Origin: Myxococcota bacterium
GTDB lineage: Bacteria; Myxococcota_A; UBA796; UBA2385
NCBI GenBank assembly: GCA_044344255.1
Contig: JBIJDH010000023.1
Span: 32,001-96,000 of the forward strand
DNA length: 64,000 bases
Direction: 5' to 3'
Part shown: positions 10,099 to 19,451 of the stretch, in pieces
How positions within the stretch are numbered: position 1 is the first letter of the stretch
How the letters are laid out: each line of letters opens with the position of its first letter
Translations under genes and position numbers: made by a program
The notes under the pieces: model-generated
Told to the model about the DNA's origin: nothing
The model's input: only the letters and a program-made list of their open reading frames with translations
Databases searched by the model: none

Positions 10099-11516
10099 CG
10101 CCCCTCCAGCGCCATTGCGCGGATGGTCATCTCGGTGTGGACGGCGGTGTAGACCGTCTCCCAGTCGGCGCCGTCGCGGGAGCGCACGAGCTCGTCGAGC
10201 TCGCTCCAGGGGTGGAGGGCCCCGATGAACCACCCGTTCACAAAGCCGAGGAGCTGCACCGAGTCGTCGTGCACGGCGGTCCAGGTGAGCCCGTCGGTCG
10301 AGGCCCACACGCCGTCGCAGCTGTTCGAGACGCCGCCCGCCAGCCAGAGGCCGTCCCCCCAGGCGACAGACTCCATCCGGGTGTATTGGGAGTCACACCA
10401 GGACTGGTCGGTCCAAGTCAGTCCGTCGTCTGCGGAGCGACTGACGGTGTATCGCTCACCGCCCCAGCCGCCCACTGCCACGAGCGTGCCGTCGTCGGAG
10501 CGGGCGAGGTCGCTGAGATAGTCTCCATCGGCGAAGTTGTCTTCGGTGGCCCAGGAGCTGCCGTCCGTGGAGGTCACGCGGCGGCCGTTGCGGCCGGTGG
10601 CCACGAAGCGCTCGCCCGTGTAGAGCACCGACAGGAGCATGTCGTCCCATTGGGTAGACTCGTGGAGCACGGTCTCGCCGGAGTCTGACCAGGAGATGGT
10701 GTCGGAGCGCACGCAGAAGAACTGGCCCATCCCGTAGGCGCAGTCGCTCACCCAGAAGTCGTCGGAGGCGGCGGAGGCGGTCCAGGTGGTGCCGTCCTCG
10801 CTCCACTGGTAGTGGCCGGCCACAGACCAGGAGAAGCCCTCTTGGGAGGCGAGGAAGAAGCGCCCCTCTCCCCAGGTGACCGTGTGGACGGCGTCCTGGA
10901 TCTCGGTGGGCTCCACCGTGGCCGACCAGGTGGCGCCGTAATCTTCGCTCAGGAGCACGGTGGGCCCATCACCGGCGACGACGAGGCGGAGGGGGCGGGG
11001 CACGCTCGCCCGGAGCGAGACCGCGAGCGGGGGCTCGGTGGGGACGGAGAGCGTGCCCGCCCGCGACTCGGCGGCGGTGGCGTCGACGGGGTTGACCGCG
11101 ATCTCGAAGGGGGCGCTCTCGTCGGGCTCGAGGTGCTCGGGGAGGGGCCCGCTGGCCGTGAAGCCCTCGCCGGACAGCCAGAGGGAGGGGTCCGCCGGCA
11201 GGGTCAGGGCCTCGCCGCTGCGGTTGGTGAGCGTGAAGCGGAGGACGCTCGCCTCGTCGATGCCGGCGGGCGCGGTCTCAATGGAGACGGCCGCCCCGTC
11301 GGAGAGCACCGCGCCCTCGTAGACGAGGGTGACCCCGGGGCTCCAGTCGACCTCGGTCTCGGGCCAGACTGAGGCGGTGTCGTCCCCGTCGTCGGGCTCT
11401 CCGGTGTCCCCGGCGGTGTCCCCGCCCGATGGGGCGGGACCCGAGCCCGCCGCGCCTCCGTTTGGCTTCGATGAAGCGGCACAGGCCGCGAGCAGGAGGG
11501 GAAGGGTCCAGCGCAA
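10095..11516 (-). CDS. Lipoprotein with Ig-like domain and BNR-like beta-propeller (paralog of 8692-10098)
   Basis: TTG start, lipobox LAAC. Shares WLSGEGF, L.P.ESA, DYG.TW and WV.DCA.G.G with the neighbouring gene. Confidence 0.75.
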   Translation of the reverse strand: MRWTLPLLLAACAASSKPNGGAAGSGPAPSGGDTAGDTGEPDDGDDTASVWPETEVDWSPGVTLVYEGAVLSDGAAVSIETAPAGIDEASVLRFTLTNRSGEALTLPADPSLWLSGEGFTASGPLPEHLEPDESAPFEIAVNPVDATAAESRAGTLSVPTEPPLAVSLRASVPRPLRLVVAGDGPTVLLSEDYGATWSATVEPTEIQDAVHTVTWGEGRFFLASQEGFSWSVAGHYQWSEDGTTWTASAASDDFWVSDCAYGMGQFFCVRSDTISWSDSGETVLHESTQWDDMLLSVLYTGERFVATGRNGRRVTSTDGSSWATEDNFADGDYLSDLARSDDGTLVAVGGWGGERYTVSRSADDGLTWTDQSWCDSQYTRMESVAWGDGLWLAGGVSNSCDGVWASTDGLTWTAVHDDSVQLLGFVNGWFIGALHPWSELDELVRSRDGADWETVYTAVHTEMTIRAMALEGR

Positions 11517-11532
11517 GGCGGCTCCGTCAGGG

Positions 11533-11985
11533 TCAGAGGGGGATGCCCACCCGACGATAGATGAATTGGAGCAGCCAGGCGGGCCCGACGAGCAGGAATT
11601 GAAGGTCTTGGAAGAAGGACGGCTTCTTCCCCTCGATCTTGTGGCCGATGAACTGCGCCACCCAGGCGGTGAAGAAGACTCCCGCCGAGACCCAGCCGAT
11701 CGGCAACACGCTGGCGATGAGCGTGTTGATCGAGAGCATGATGACGGCGCCCAGCGCCATCCCGAGGGCGAGGGTCCAGGACAGCGAGGCGTAGAAGATC
11801 ATCGTGAGGCCCGCGCCCACGACCCCCCAGTGCAGGCCGCTCTCACCGAAGGGATGGGGGATGGCGGCGCAGAGACCGAGCGTGGACAAGGCGATCGGGG
11901 GGATGAATACCCAGTGGATGAGCTTGTTCGTGGGGTTCCGGTGAGACTCCCCGTAGAGGCTGAACCACTCCTCGGCGCTGCGCAT
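11533..11985 (-). CDS. DUF962 / Mpo1-like membrane protein
   Basis: YGESHRNPTNKLIHWVFIP and WVAQFIGHKIEGKKPSFFQDLQFLLVGP are family signatures. GGAGGT SD upstream. Confidence 0.9.
   Translation of the reverse strand: MRSAEEWFSLYGESHRNPTNKLIHWVFIPPIALSTLGLCAAIPHPFGESGLHWGVVGAGLTMIFYASLSWTLALGMALGAVIMLSINTLIASVLPIGWVSAGVFFTAWVAQFIGHKIEGKKPSFFQDLQFLLVGPAWLLQFIYRRVGIPL
11889..11962. repeat. Direct repeat copy A (74 bp, inside the DUF962 gene)
   Basis: Manual ungapped alignment with 19275-19348 gives 65/74 identical. Confidence 0.85.
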
Positions 11986-12052
11986 GCCTACACCTCCCCC
12001 CGTGACCGTCCTGCGAACCGGAGACTACCCCGCGCTGGGCGGCCGGCGCGGG

Positions 12053-12937
12053 TCACCGCTGGAGGGCCCGATCGAGGTCTTGCAGGCCCGCGTGCAGAGA
12101 GGCGCGGATCTTTACCTTGGCGAAGGGATTGTCGTCGATCTCCCGGAGGACCGGGTCTCCCTCGAGGGCCGTGCGGTAGCCTCTGATCAAGGCCATGCAG
12201 CGCTCGAGGGCCGCCGTCTGGGCGCTCGGCTCGCTGGCGCCCGCGAGCGCGTCGAGGGCGCCGATCAGGCGGTCGTCGAAGGCGCCCATCTTCCAGCCGA
12301 CCTTCTTGATCTCCCCGGCGGCCGCTCGCATCTCGGGGTCCGCCCGCACCTCGGGGTCGGAGTAGATGGCCTTCAAGAGCTTGTCGAATTCGCTGCTCGC
12401 GGTGGTCCGGGCCGAGGTCCAGACCATCTTCGAGCGGTTGATCGCCACCGGGGTGGGGAGGGCCGGATTCGAGGTGTCCGGATGTTGGTCTTCGGAGGAC
12501 CCCCCGGTAGAGGGAGCCTCCTCGGGCCCGGCCTCCTCGCTCTCCTCCTCGCTCTCCTCCTCGGTGAAGAGGGCCTTGTCGATGAGCTGGGCGGCGTAGT
12601 CGAGGCCGATGGCCTTCGCACCGAGCTTCCAGGCCTTGACGAAGGCGGCCTGGAGGAGCTTGGGGCCGATGCAGCGCTTGAGGTCGGCCACGACGCGGAG
12701 CGTAGCCCCTTCGAGGCTCACCTGACCCACCACGACCGCAGTGCCCTGGAAACCCTCCACCGACTTCTTGAGGCCGGCTAAAACCTTCGCGGCGTTCGGA
12801 GCGTCTTGCCGCTTCTTGTAAAACCAGATCAAGGGATCTGGAGCCGCCACGAGCGCGAACTGGATCGGCGCTTGTTTGGCGAGCGGCCAGATGGCGAGCA
12901 GGGCTTTCTTTTGGTCTACCGTGACCTTGATGGGCAT
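12053..12937 (-). CDS. Hypothetical protein (Lys-rich N-domain, acidic linker, helical C-domain ending ...IDDNPF...)
   Basis: 294-aa ORF with protein-like composition, GGAGA SD and a TATCGT -10-like hexamer upstream. No family recognised. Confidence 0.75.
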   Translation of the reverse strand: MPIKVTVDQKKALLAIWPLAKQAPIQFALVAAPDPLIWFYKKRQDAPNAAKVLAGLKKSVEGFQGTAVVVGQVSLEGATLRVVADLKRCIGPKLLQAAFVKAWKLGAKAIGLDYAAQLIDKALFTEEESEEESEEAGPEEAPSTGGSSEDQHPDTSNPALPTPVAINRSKMVWTSARTTASSEFDKLLKAIYSDPEVRADPEMRAAAGEIKKVGWKMGAFDDRLIGALDALAGASEPSAQTAALERCMALIRGYRTALEGDPVLREIDDNPFAKVKIRASLHAGLQDLDRALQR

Positions 12938-13024
12938 CGATCTTCTCCGGGGGCGGACGATACATCAGCGGCCGCCGACGAACAAGGCCCGCTGCTGGCC
13001 GGTGAGCGGCCTTGAGCAACGCGC

Positions 13025-13053
13025 TTGACAGAGCGGGTGGAATTGCCGAACCT
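13025..13053 (+). promoter_or_regulatory. Putative sigma70 promoter TTGACA-N17-GAACCT
   Basis: Perfect -35 at 13025-13030 and a weak -10 at 13048-13053. A GAGGA SD precedes the in-frame TTG at 13085. Confidence 0.35.
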
Positions 13054-13084
13054 GCGGTCGCCCATCCCTGGCGAGGACACACGA

Positions 13085-16000
13085 TTGGACTCGGAAACGA
13101 CGAGATCGAAGAAGAAGACTTCCCCGAAACTTGCCTTTCTCCGCCTCCTCACGCGAGGCGGCGGGGGAGGCGGTGGGGGAGACAAGGAGCCGACCTCGTC
13201 GGAGAGCTCCGGCAGCGAGGCCATCGACCTCGGGCCGGGCCTGGCGGCGGCGCGGGAGAAGCTCGGCGAGCTCGACATCACCCTCCTCGCGTGGGAGCAG
13301 GGCGGCTTCGGCGAGGGCTGGAAGGCCCTCCGCCTGCGTCACGGGCAGTTCGCCAAGGCCCTCGAGCAGGTGGCGGACGCCAAGGATCGGGTCGCCGCCC
13401 AGAAGGCGCTGCTCCAGGTCACGCGGGGCATCTCGGAGGCTGCGGGGAGCGCCGCCGACACGCTGGACCGCTGGAAGCGCTGGGATCGCTCGTCCAAGCA
13501 GCTCGAGCCGCTGGTCACCGCCGCGCTCAAGCGGGGGGCCGGCGAGGTCCAGAAGATCCGCTCCACCTGGGCCCTCGCCGGCGAGAAGGCGGAGGCGGGC
13601 GATCCGGTGGAGGCGCTGTCGCTGTTGTCTCCTCTCATCCTGCTCATCCGGGAGGCGGACAAGGCGGAGAAGACGCAGGTTCAGGAGGAGACCGCCGGCA
13701 TGGTCGACATGGACCAGACCAAGGTCCAGCTTCTGACGGCGAAGTGGAATTCCCTTTGGGGGAAGATGGCCCCCCTCGTCCAGAGCACCCTCGAGAAGGG
13801 CATCGCCGAGCGGACCCGCCTTGAGGCCACCTGGGCTTTCGCCCACGAGAAGGCCGAGCTCGGACAGCAGACCGGCAGCGTGGCCGACCTCACCCTCGCG
13901 CTGCAGACCCTGGTCGAGGTCAAGAAGATCATCGACAACGCCGTGGTGGACGAGACGGTCCCCAAGGGCACCGTCGTCAAGGCGAAGCAGCTCCTCGAGG
14001 GCGAGTCCGAAGGCAAGCGGGTCCACGCGCTCCTCCTGTCCACCCGGTCCACCGCCACCAAGGTGAGCACGCGGTTGACTAAGGCCTTCGAGCCGAAGAC
14101 CCCCGAGGCCATCGAGAAGCAGATCGAGAAGATCGACAAGCTGCTGTACACGGGCAGCGAGGCCGATCTCGAGAAGCTGGAGAAGGCCGCTACAGATGCC
14201 GCCGAGGAGATCGTCAAGCTCGAAGAGCTTGCACGGCAGCCCCTCATCGACAAGGGGCGCTGGGAGAAGGATGTCGCGCTCTTCAAGGCCCGCCTGGTTT
14301 CGCTCACCAATCACAAAGCAGCGAATGGGAAGATGGTCAAGCCCCTCGTCAAAGGGGTCACCGACGGTCTCGATGCCGCCGAGCTGAAGGCGACCGCGCT
14401 CACCTGGGCGCTGGCGAGCCAGGATCTGCCGGCGCTGTACCTCCGCTGTGACGAGGTCGAAAAGCAGGCCGACAGCATCGCGGAGCTCATCGCCGTCCAG
14501 GCGGATCGGAAGGAGCGCCTGGCCAGCCTGCCCGATGTCGGGACGATCGCGCACGATGTCCCGAAGGAGGCCGTAAAGGCGGCACTGAAGCTCATGAAGG
14601 ACGGAGGTGTAGAGGCCCAGGCTGGCCGCTACGACGCCGCCAAGGTGCTCTACAACAAGATCCCCGAGGCGGTGGCGCTCGCCCAGGACCTCGTCGGATT
14701 GGCGGCAATGTATGCGGTGGATTACCCTGTCGCCGTCCAGGATGTGATCAACATCGCGGCCTGGGATCAGGCGGTGAAGGACGAGATCGTGGCCGAGCAG
14801 GCCAGCCACAAGAAGCTCGTGGAAGACGCCGACTTCGACAAGACGAAGAGCTTCGCCCTCTCGACGCGGAAGCTGCGGGACGCCAATGGTTTTGTCTCCC
14901 TCCTGGTCGGCCGTCGGAAGCAGATCACCGCCTGGCTGAGCCGGCTCAAGGAATTCGACCTCCGCCTCAAGGCGGTCAAGGAGCACAAAGGGCGGATCGC
15001 GATCGAGGAGCACTTCGCGCGTCTGACCTCGGACCGGGTCTTCGCCTTGAAGAAGGTCACCGAGAAGGACTTCTACGCCGCCGAGAAGGTCCTCGCCGCC
15101 TCCGAGGGTGAACAGACCGCGAAGCTGGCGCTGGCCGATATCGGCGAGGATTATATCGGCAAGAAGAAGAAGCTCGACGAGGATATCGACAAGGTCCTGA
15201 AGGCCAAGAACGGCAGCCTGGCCGCGACCTTCATCACCGACGCCCGGGCGCATATCTCCGCGGGGGAGGCCATGAAGACCGCCGGCCAGTGGCCCGAAGC
15301 GGTCAAGTGCCTGGAGCAGGCCGCCGCCCGGGTGACGCTGGCCGAGAAGGTCCTCGGCGAAGACAAAGGCCTCAAGGACCTCAAGGACGATGGCAAGCTC
15401 GACAATATCGCGACAGACTTCCCCGCCGCCTATGATGTCTATGAGAAGATGCTGTCCCATGTCCAGGGAAAGGACGACGGCACCTTCGCCACCCCCCTCA
15501 AAGCCGCGACCGCGGCGGGTAAAAGGGCCGAGGAAGCCGCGAAGAAGGAGACCCCGGATTATGGAGCGGCGCGGATCGCGCTCGACCAGGCGATGAAGGT
15601 CTGCGAAGACGTGCTCGTGCTGATCACAAGAAAACCTGCCTATGATTCGAACCGGTCCGCCGTCGTCACCGCCCATGGGACCACGCTCCCGCCCCTCAAT
15701 GACGAAAACTGTATCGACCAGTTGATCCAGGACATCGGGGCCGCCCTCGACCTCGCCGCCGAGCTCGCAAAGTCGCCCGTCTTCAACTATGCCGAGGCAG
15801 AAGGCAAGCTGTCCGAGGCCCAGAACCTGGTCGCGAAGGCGAAGGTGAACGCGGAGGCCTGGAAGACGGCGAAGCCCGATGTCAAGACCATCCAGGAGAC
15901 CCACAAGTATATCAGCACGCCCATTCGGAAAAAGGGAATGGGAGCAGAGGTCGCCCGTCTTGAGAAGATCGGGGAAAAGATGGAAGAGCTGGTCAAGAAG

Positions 16001-18499
16001 GGGGATATGCCCGCCCTCGTCAAGGAGGCCGCGATCGGCGTCGCGCTTTGCGCCCCCTTCCGTCTCGCGGCGGATGCCTATGTAAAGGCGATGGCCGATG
16101 TAAAGACATTCATCACCGATCGACGGGCGAGCATCGAGGGCAATCCGATCAGCGATCCCGAGCTCACAGAGCTGAAGGCGGTGGACAAACAGATAGAGGA
16201 GGCCTTCAAGGCCCATGCCTTCGCCGTCGCCGCAGCGCTGGCCGCCTCTGGATTCTGGGTGATCGACGCGGGCGAGCAGGCCATCGCGGAGCACAAGCTC
16301 TACGAAGTGGAGCGGGTGAAGGCGGAGGACAAGGTCAAGGAGGTGGAGCTCATCTCCAACCTGGGCGTGCTCGACCAGGTGCAGGCGCTGCGCTCCCGGT
16401 ACAAGGCGGTCCTCGACATGGCGGGGGCCCGCAACTTCCCCCGCGCCAAGAAGATGGCGGAGTCGATCCCCGGGGACGCCGATCTCATCCCTCCCCTCGC
16501 GACAGCCTACAAAGAGTGTAAAGCCGCGCGCGACACCGCCGGCAAGGCGCTGGAGAAGGCCGAAGGGCACAAGAACGCCCTCGCCATCGCGCCGCTGGTC
16601 ACCAAACTGAAGGCACGCTTCGAGGTCGCAAACAAGCTGGAGCTCGGCGGCGACCGTGTCGCGGCGAAAAAGATCTTTGAGGAGCTGGCCACAGAGTGCG
16701 CCGACGCCCTCCTCGTCGCCGGCGACCATGATCAGACCCTCGATCTCGCTCGAACAGCCAAGGAGAACGGCTCTCCCTCCAATGAGCAGGTGGTGGAGGC
16801 CCGCGAGAAGGCCGAGCTGATTCGAAACAAACACCTCGAGGAGCCCGAGGCGCTCTATGTCATCGGGCCCATGACACGGGCCCATACGCTGCTCAAGGAG
16901 TCCGACGAGCTGCACAAAGGGGGCAAGTCAGCCGAGGCGCTCCAGAAGATCGGGGCCGCCCTCGAAGAGCTTGCCGCCGCACGAATCGGGATGGGACATT
17001 ATAAACAGATGGAGGCGGAGGCCAAGAGCGTTCGAAAGGCGATTGACGATCTGCTCGGGAGCCACGCACAGGCCGACTTCATTCGCCCCGACTGCGAGCG
17101 GCTGCAGGAGGGTGTGGACAAGGCCATTCAGAAGGCCCGCACCGATGGTGCCCACGAGGTCGCCTCGAAGTCCCTGGCCGACATCGACCAGTCCGTGCAT
17201 CGCCTCAAGGGGGTGGCGACCGCCCATGTCGCCTATCTGAAGGAGCGGGATGAGCTCTCCCCGGGTGTGGCGCTGTTGGAGAAACACGCGCACCGATATG
17301 CCGCCGCCACCGAGCTCAAGGATCTCCGTAAGCACCTCGCCACCGCCTCCCAGAAGGCGGATGCCCACGATCACAAAGACGCCATGGTGCTGCTCAGCGG
17401 CGCGGGACGCGCCTACGAGGCCGCCCAGCTCAAGGTGAAGATGGCCGGCAACGAGGCGCCGGGTGTGGACGATGTCCAGGCGATCCTCAAACGACCGGGG
17501 GGGGAGAAACACCTCGATAAAATCGTCGCGGGCCTCGAGCCCAGCGCCCAGCGAAAGGTGCTTCGGGCGGCGATGGAGGCCCGTTTCGGCTGCAAGCTCA
17601 ATGTCTTCCCAAACAAGGTGATGGAGGACGAATACCGAGAGTGGATCCAGGACAATCCGGACGCCAGCGAAATCGAAAAGAAGAACAAGCTCGCCGCTTG
17701 CACAGAGTCGGATGGGAACCTGAAAGGCCCCAACCTCCGCCGTTTCTACGATGTCATGTCTGACCTCCCCGACACCCACACCAAGGAGAATGACAGCATG
17801 CAGGTCTTCTCTGAGGTGAGCGGACCGGCGAAGGGCTCCGCCTACAACACAGGGCGGAAGGAGGTCATGATGCGGGAGGGCGCTTTCCAGAAGAGCGGCG
17901 ACTATCTCATCGCTCAGGAGCACGAGATCGAGGCTCCCGATCCCGAGTGTACGCCCGTCCCAGGCAGGGATCTGAGCTACTTCGACTGGAACACGCTGCA
18001 TGAGGTCGGCCACGCGGTGGACGACAAGCACAACTTCATGAAACGGAACGGAAAGACCCTCGCAGGCTGGGAGGATTACGGAAACAACGTGCTCCCCATC
18101 GCGACGGCCATCGCGAAGAAACACAAATACGACGCGGGCTATATCACCGCCTACATGGGTGGAGAGGCAAAACCCGCGATCCCCGAGCCGGTGGACTGCG
18201 ACGCCGATGAGTGGGAGCGGCGGCGGGTGATCTGCCGGTTGTGGGTGGATAACGCCCGGTTCGGCAAGGACCCCTGGTCAAGCGCCGCATCCGCCAAGGC
18301 GCTCGAGATCGAAGGGGTCGTCTACCACGAGAGCTACGAGAACAGCTGGTCGAGCTACCCCCTGGCCGAACGCGCAAAGGGGGTGAGCGGCTACCAGTTC
18401 CGGGCCCCCGGCGAGTGGTTTGCCGAGCTCTACGCCGCCTACCACAGCGGCAAGATGAACCCCTCCCACCCCGCCCGTTCCTGGCTGGCCGACCTGTAG
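13085..18499 (+). CDS. Giant alpha-helical repeat protein with C-terminal HEXXH zincin metallopeptidase domain
   Basis: The 1824-codon ORF is open from 13025; likely start is TTG 13085. It is A/K/E/L-rich and helical. The C-terminus has TLHEVGHAVD (HEVGH at 17999-18013) and SGYQFRAPGEWFAELYAAY, the pattern of anthrax-LF/MPTase-like zincins. No signal peptide. Confidence 0.8.
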   Translation: MDSETTRSKKKTSPKLAFLRLLTRGGGGGGGGDKEPTSSESSGSEAIDLGPGLAAAREKLGELDITLLAWEQGGFGEGWKALRLRHGQFAKALEQVADAKDRVAAQKALLQVTRGISEAAGSAADTLDRWKRWDRSSKQLEPLVTAALKRGAGEVQKIRSTWALAGEKAEAGDPVEALSLLSPLILLIREADKAEKTQVQEETAGMVDMDQTKVQLLTAKWNSLWGKMAPLVQSTLEKGIAERTRLEATWAFAHEKAELGQQTGSVADLTLALQTLVEVKKIIDNAVVDETVPKGTVVKAKQLLEGESEGKRVHALLLSTRSTATKVSTRLTKAFEPKTPEAIEKQIEKIDKLLYTGSEADLEKLEKAATDAAEEIVKLEELARQPLIDKGRWEKDVALFKARLVSLTNHKAANGKMVKPLVKGVTDGLDAAELKATALTWALASQDLPALYLRCDEVEKQADSIAELIAVQADRKERLASLPDVGTIAHDVPKEAVKAALKLMKDGGVEAQAGRYDAAKVLYNKIPEAVALAQDLVGLAAMYAVDYPVAVQDVINIAAWDQAVKDEIVAEQASHKKLVEDADFDKTKSFALSTRKLRDANGFVSLLVGRRKQITAWLSRLKEFDLRLKAVKEHKGRIAIEEHFARLTSDRVFALKKVTEKDFYAAEKVLAASEGEQTAKLALADIGEDYIGKKKKLDEDIDKVLKAKNGSLAATFITDARAHISAGEAMKTAGQWPEAVKCLEQAAARVTLAEKVLGEDKGLKDLKDDGKLDNIATDFPAAYDVYEKMLSHVQGKDDGTFATPLKAATAAGKRAEEAAKKETPDYGAARIALDQAMKVCEDVLVLITRKPAYDSNRSAVVTAHGTTLPPLNDENCIDQLIQDIGAALDLAAELAKSPVFNYAEAEGKLSEAQNLVAKAKVNAEAWKTAKPDVKTIQETHKYISTPIRKKGMGAEVARLEKIGEKMEELVKKGDMPALVKEAAIGVALCAPFRLAADAYVKAMADVKTFITDRRASIEGNPISDPELTELKAVDKQIEEAFKAHAFAVAAALAASGFWVIDAGEQAIAEHKLYEVERVKAEDKVKEVELISNLGVLDQVQALRSRYKAVLDMAGARNFPRAKKMAESIPGDADLIPPLATAYKECKAARDTAGKALEKAEGHKNALAIAPLVTKLKARFEVANKLELGGDRVAAKKIFEELATECADALLVAGDHDQTLDLARTAKENGSPSNEQVVEAREKAELIRNKHLEEPEALYVIGPMTRAHTLLKESDELHKGGKSAEALQKIGAALEELAAARIGMGHYKQMEAEAKSVRKAIDDLLGSHAQADFIRPDCERLQEGVDKAIQKARTDGAHEVASKSLADIDQSVHRLKGVATAHVAYLKERDELSPGVALLEKHAHRYAAATELKDLRKHLATASQKADAHDHKDAMVLLSGAGRAYEAAQLKVKMAGNEAPGVDDVQAILKRPGGEKHLDKIVAGLEPSAQRKVLRAAMEARFGCKLNVFPNKVMEDEYREWIQDNPDASEIEKKNKLAACTESDGNLKGPNLRRFYDVMSDLPDTHTKENDSMQVFSEVSGPAKGSAYNTGRKEVMMREGAFQKSGDYLIAQEHEIEAPDPECTPVPGRDLSYFDWNTLHEVGHAVDDKHNFMKRNGKTLAGWEDYGNNVLPIATAIAKKHKYDAGYITAYMGGEAKPAIPEPVDCDADEWERRRVICRLWVDNARFGKDPWSSAASAKALEIEGVVYHESYENSWSSYPLAERAKGVSGYQFRAPGEWFAELYAAYHSGKMNPSHPARSWLADL

Positions 18500-18518
18500 T
18501 CCGCCTGGAGGCTCCAAT

Positions 18519-19217
18519 ATGTCTCTCTTCCGTCCCATGAATGTCCAGTGCCCGAAGTGCGACGCCATCGTCAACATGAGCGCCGTGGGCAGCGTAAACG
18601 CGGATCGGCGCGCCGATCTGCGGGCCGCCATCCTCGCCGACACCTTCCAGGACACCACCTGCGAGGCCTGCGGCAACGTCTGTCGCCTCCCGCCCGAATT
18701 CAACTACCTCGACGTCGGCCGGGGTCAGTGGCTCGCCAGCCTGTCGGCCGACCGTCTCCCTGACTTCCTGGAGGCCGAAGACGAGGCGCAGGCGGCCTTT
18801 GACGCCTCCTACGGCAAGAACGCATCGCCTGCGGCCCGCGAGATCGGGGAGGGCCTCGCCGCCCGGGTGACCTTCGGCTGGCCAGCCCTCCGGGAGAAGC
18901 TCCTGATCCGCGAGCAGGGCCTCGACGACGTCGTCGTGGAGATGGTCAAGCTCGAGCTCTTCCGGCGGCTCCCCGACGCCAGCCTCTCCCCGGGGGTCGA
19001 GCTCCGCCTCCTCGATGGGGCAGGCGACCTCCTCGTCTTCGGCTGGGTCGAGTCGGACTCCGAGGAGGTGCGGCAGGAGCTGCGGGTGCGGCGCGACCTC
19101 TACGACACCATCGCCGCTGACGCCGAGGGCTGGAAGGGGGTCCGCGCCAGGCTGACGGACGGCCCCTTCGTCGACATACAGAAGCTCGTCTTTGGCGAGG
19201 GTCGCCCGAGCGCCTGA
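18519..19217 (+). CDS. CpXC domain-containing protein (zinc ribbon)
   Basis: N-terminal CPKC...SVNADRRADLRAAIL..TF....CEACG......F.YLD pattern. GGAGG SD, 19 bp after the giant gene. Confidence 0.85.
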   Translation: MSLFRPMNVQCPKCDAIVNMSAVGSVNADRRADLRAAILADTFQDTTCEACGNVCRLPPEFNYLDVGRGQWLASLSADRLPDFLEAEDEAQAAFDASYGKNASPAAREIGEGLAARVTFGWPALREKLLIREQGLDDVVVEMVKLELFRRLPDASLSPGVELRLLDGAGDLLVFGWVESDSEEVRQELRVRRDLYDTIAADAEGWKGVRARLTDGPFVDIQKLVFGEGRPSA

Positions 19218-19274
19218 GGCACCCTGTCGGAGCGCAGGCAGAAGAGCGGGCCCATCCTGTAGGCGCAGTCGTCC

Positions 19275-19348
19275 AGGCGATCGGGGGGATGAACACCCCG
19301 TGGATGAGCCTGTTCGTGGGGTCCTGATGAGCCTCCCCGGCGAGGCTG
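19275..19348 (-). pseudogene. Degenerate fragment of the DUF962 gene (direct repeat copy B)
   Basis: Translates as SLAGEAHQDPTNRLIHGVFIPPIA, versus SLYGESHRNPTNKLIHWVFIPPIA in the intact gene. Similarity stops abruptly on both sides. Confidence 0.8.
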
Positions 19349-19361
19349 GCACGGCGCGTGC
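19347..19361 (+). promoter_or_regulatory. Putative sigma54 (-24/-12) promoter
   Basis: TGGCACGGCGCGTGC is GG-N10-GC with TGGCACG, about 90 bp upstream of the ATG at 19452. Confidence 0.5.
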
Positions 19362-19451
19362 GGTGTCCTGCGCCGCCCCCTCTCTTTTTGGCTCTCTTGG
19401 GCGAGCGGGCCCATCCCCCGGGGAACCCCATCCCCCAAGGAACGAGGAACG

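Noticed and set aside
12965..16915. 1316-aa antisense ORF
   Set aside because: It is the shadow of the giant + strand gene. High-GC codon bias suppresses antisense stops, its composition (L/G/D/R/V-rich) mirrors the sense codons, and it has no motifs.
11889..19348. Prophage, ICE or IS element
   Set aside because: No integrase, transposase, phage structural genes or terminal inverted repeats were seen. It is reported only as a repeat-bounded cassette.
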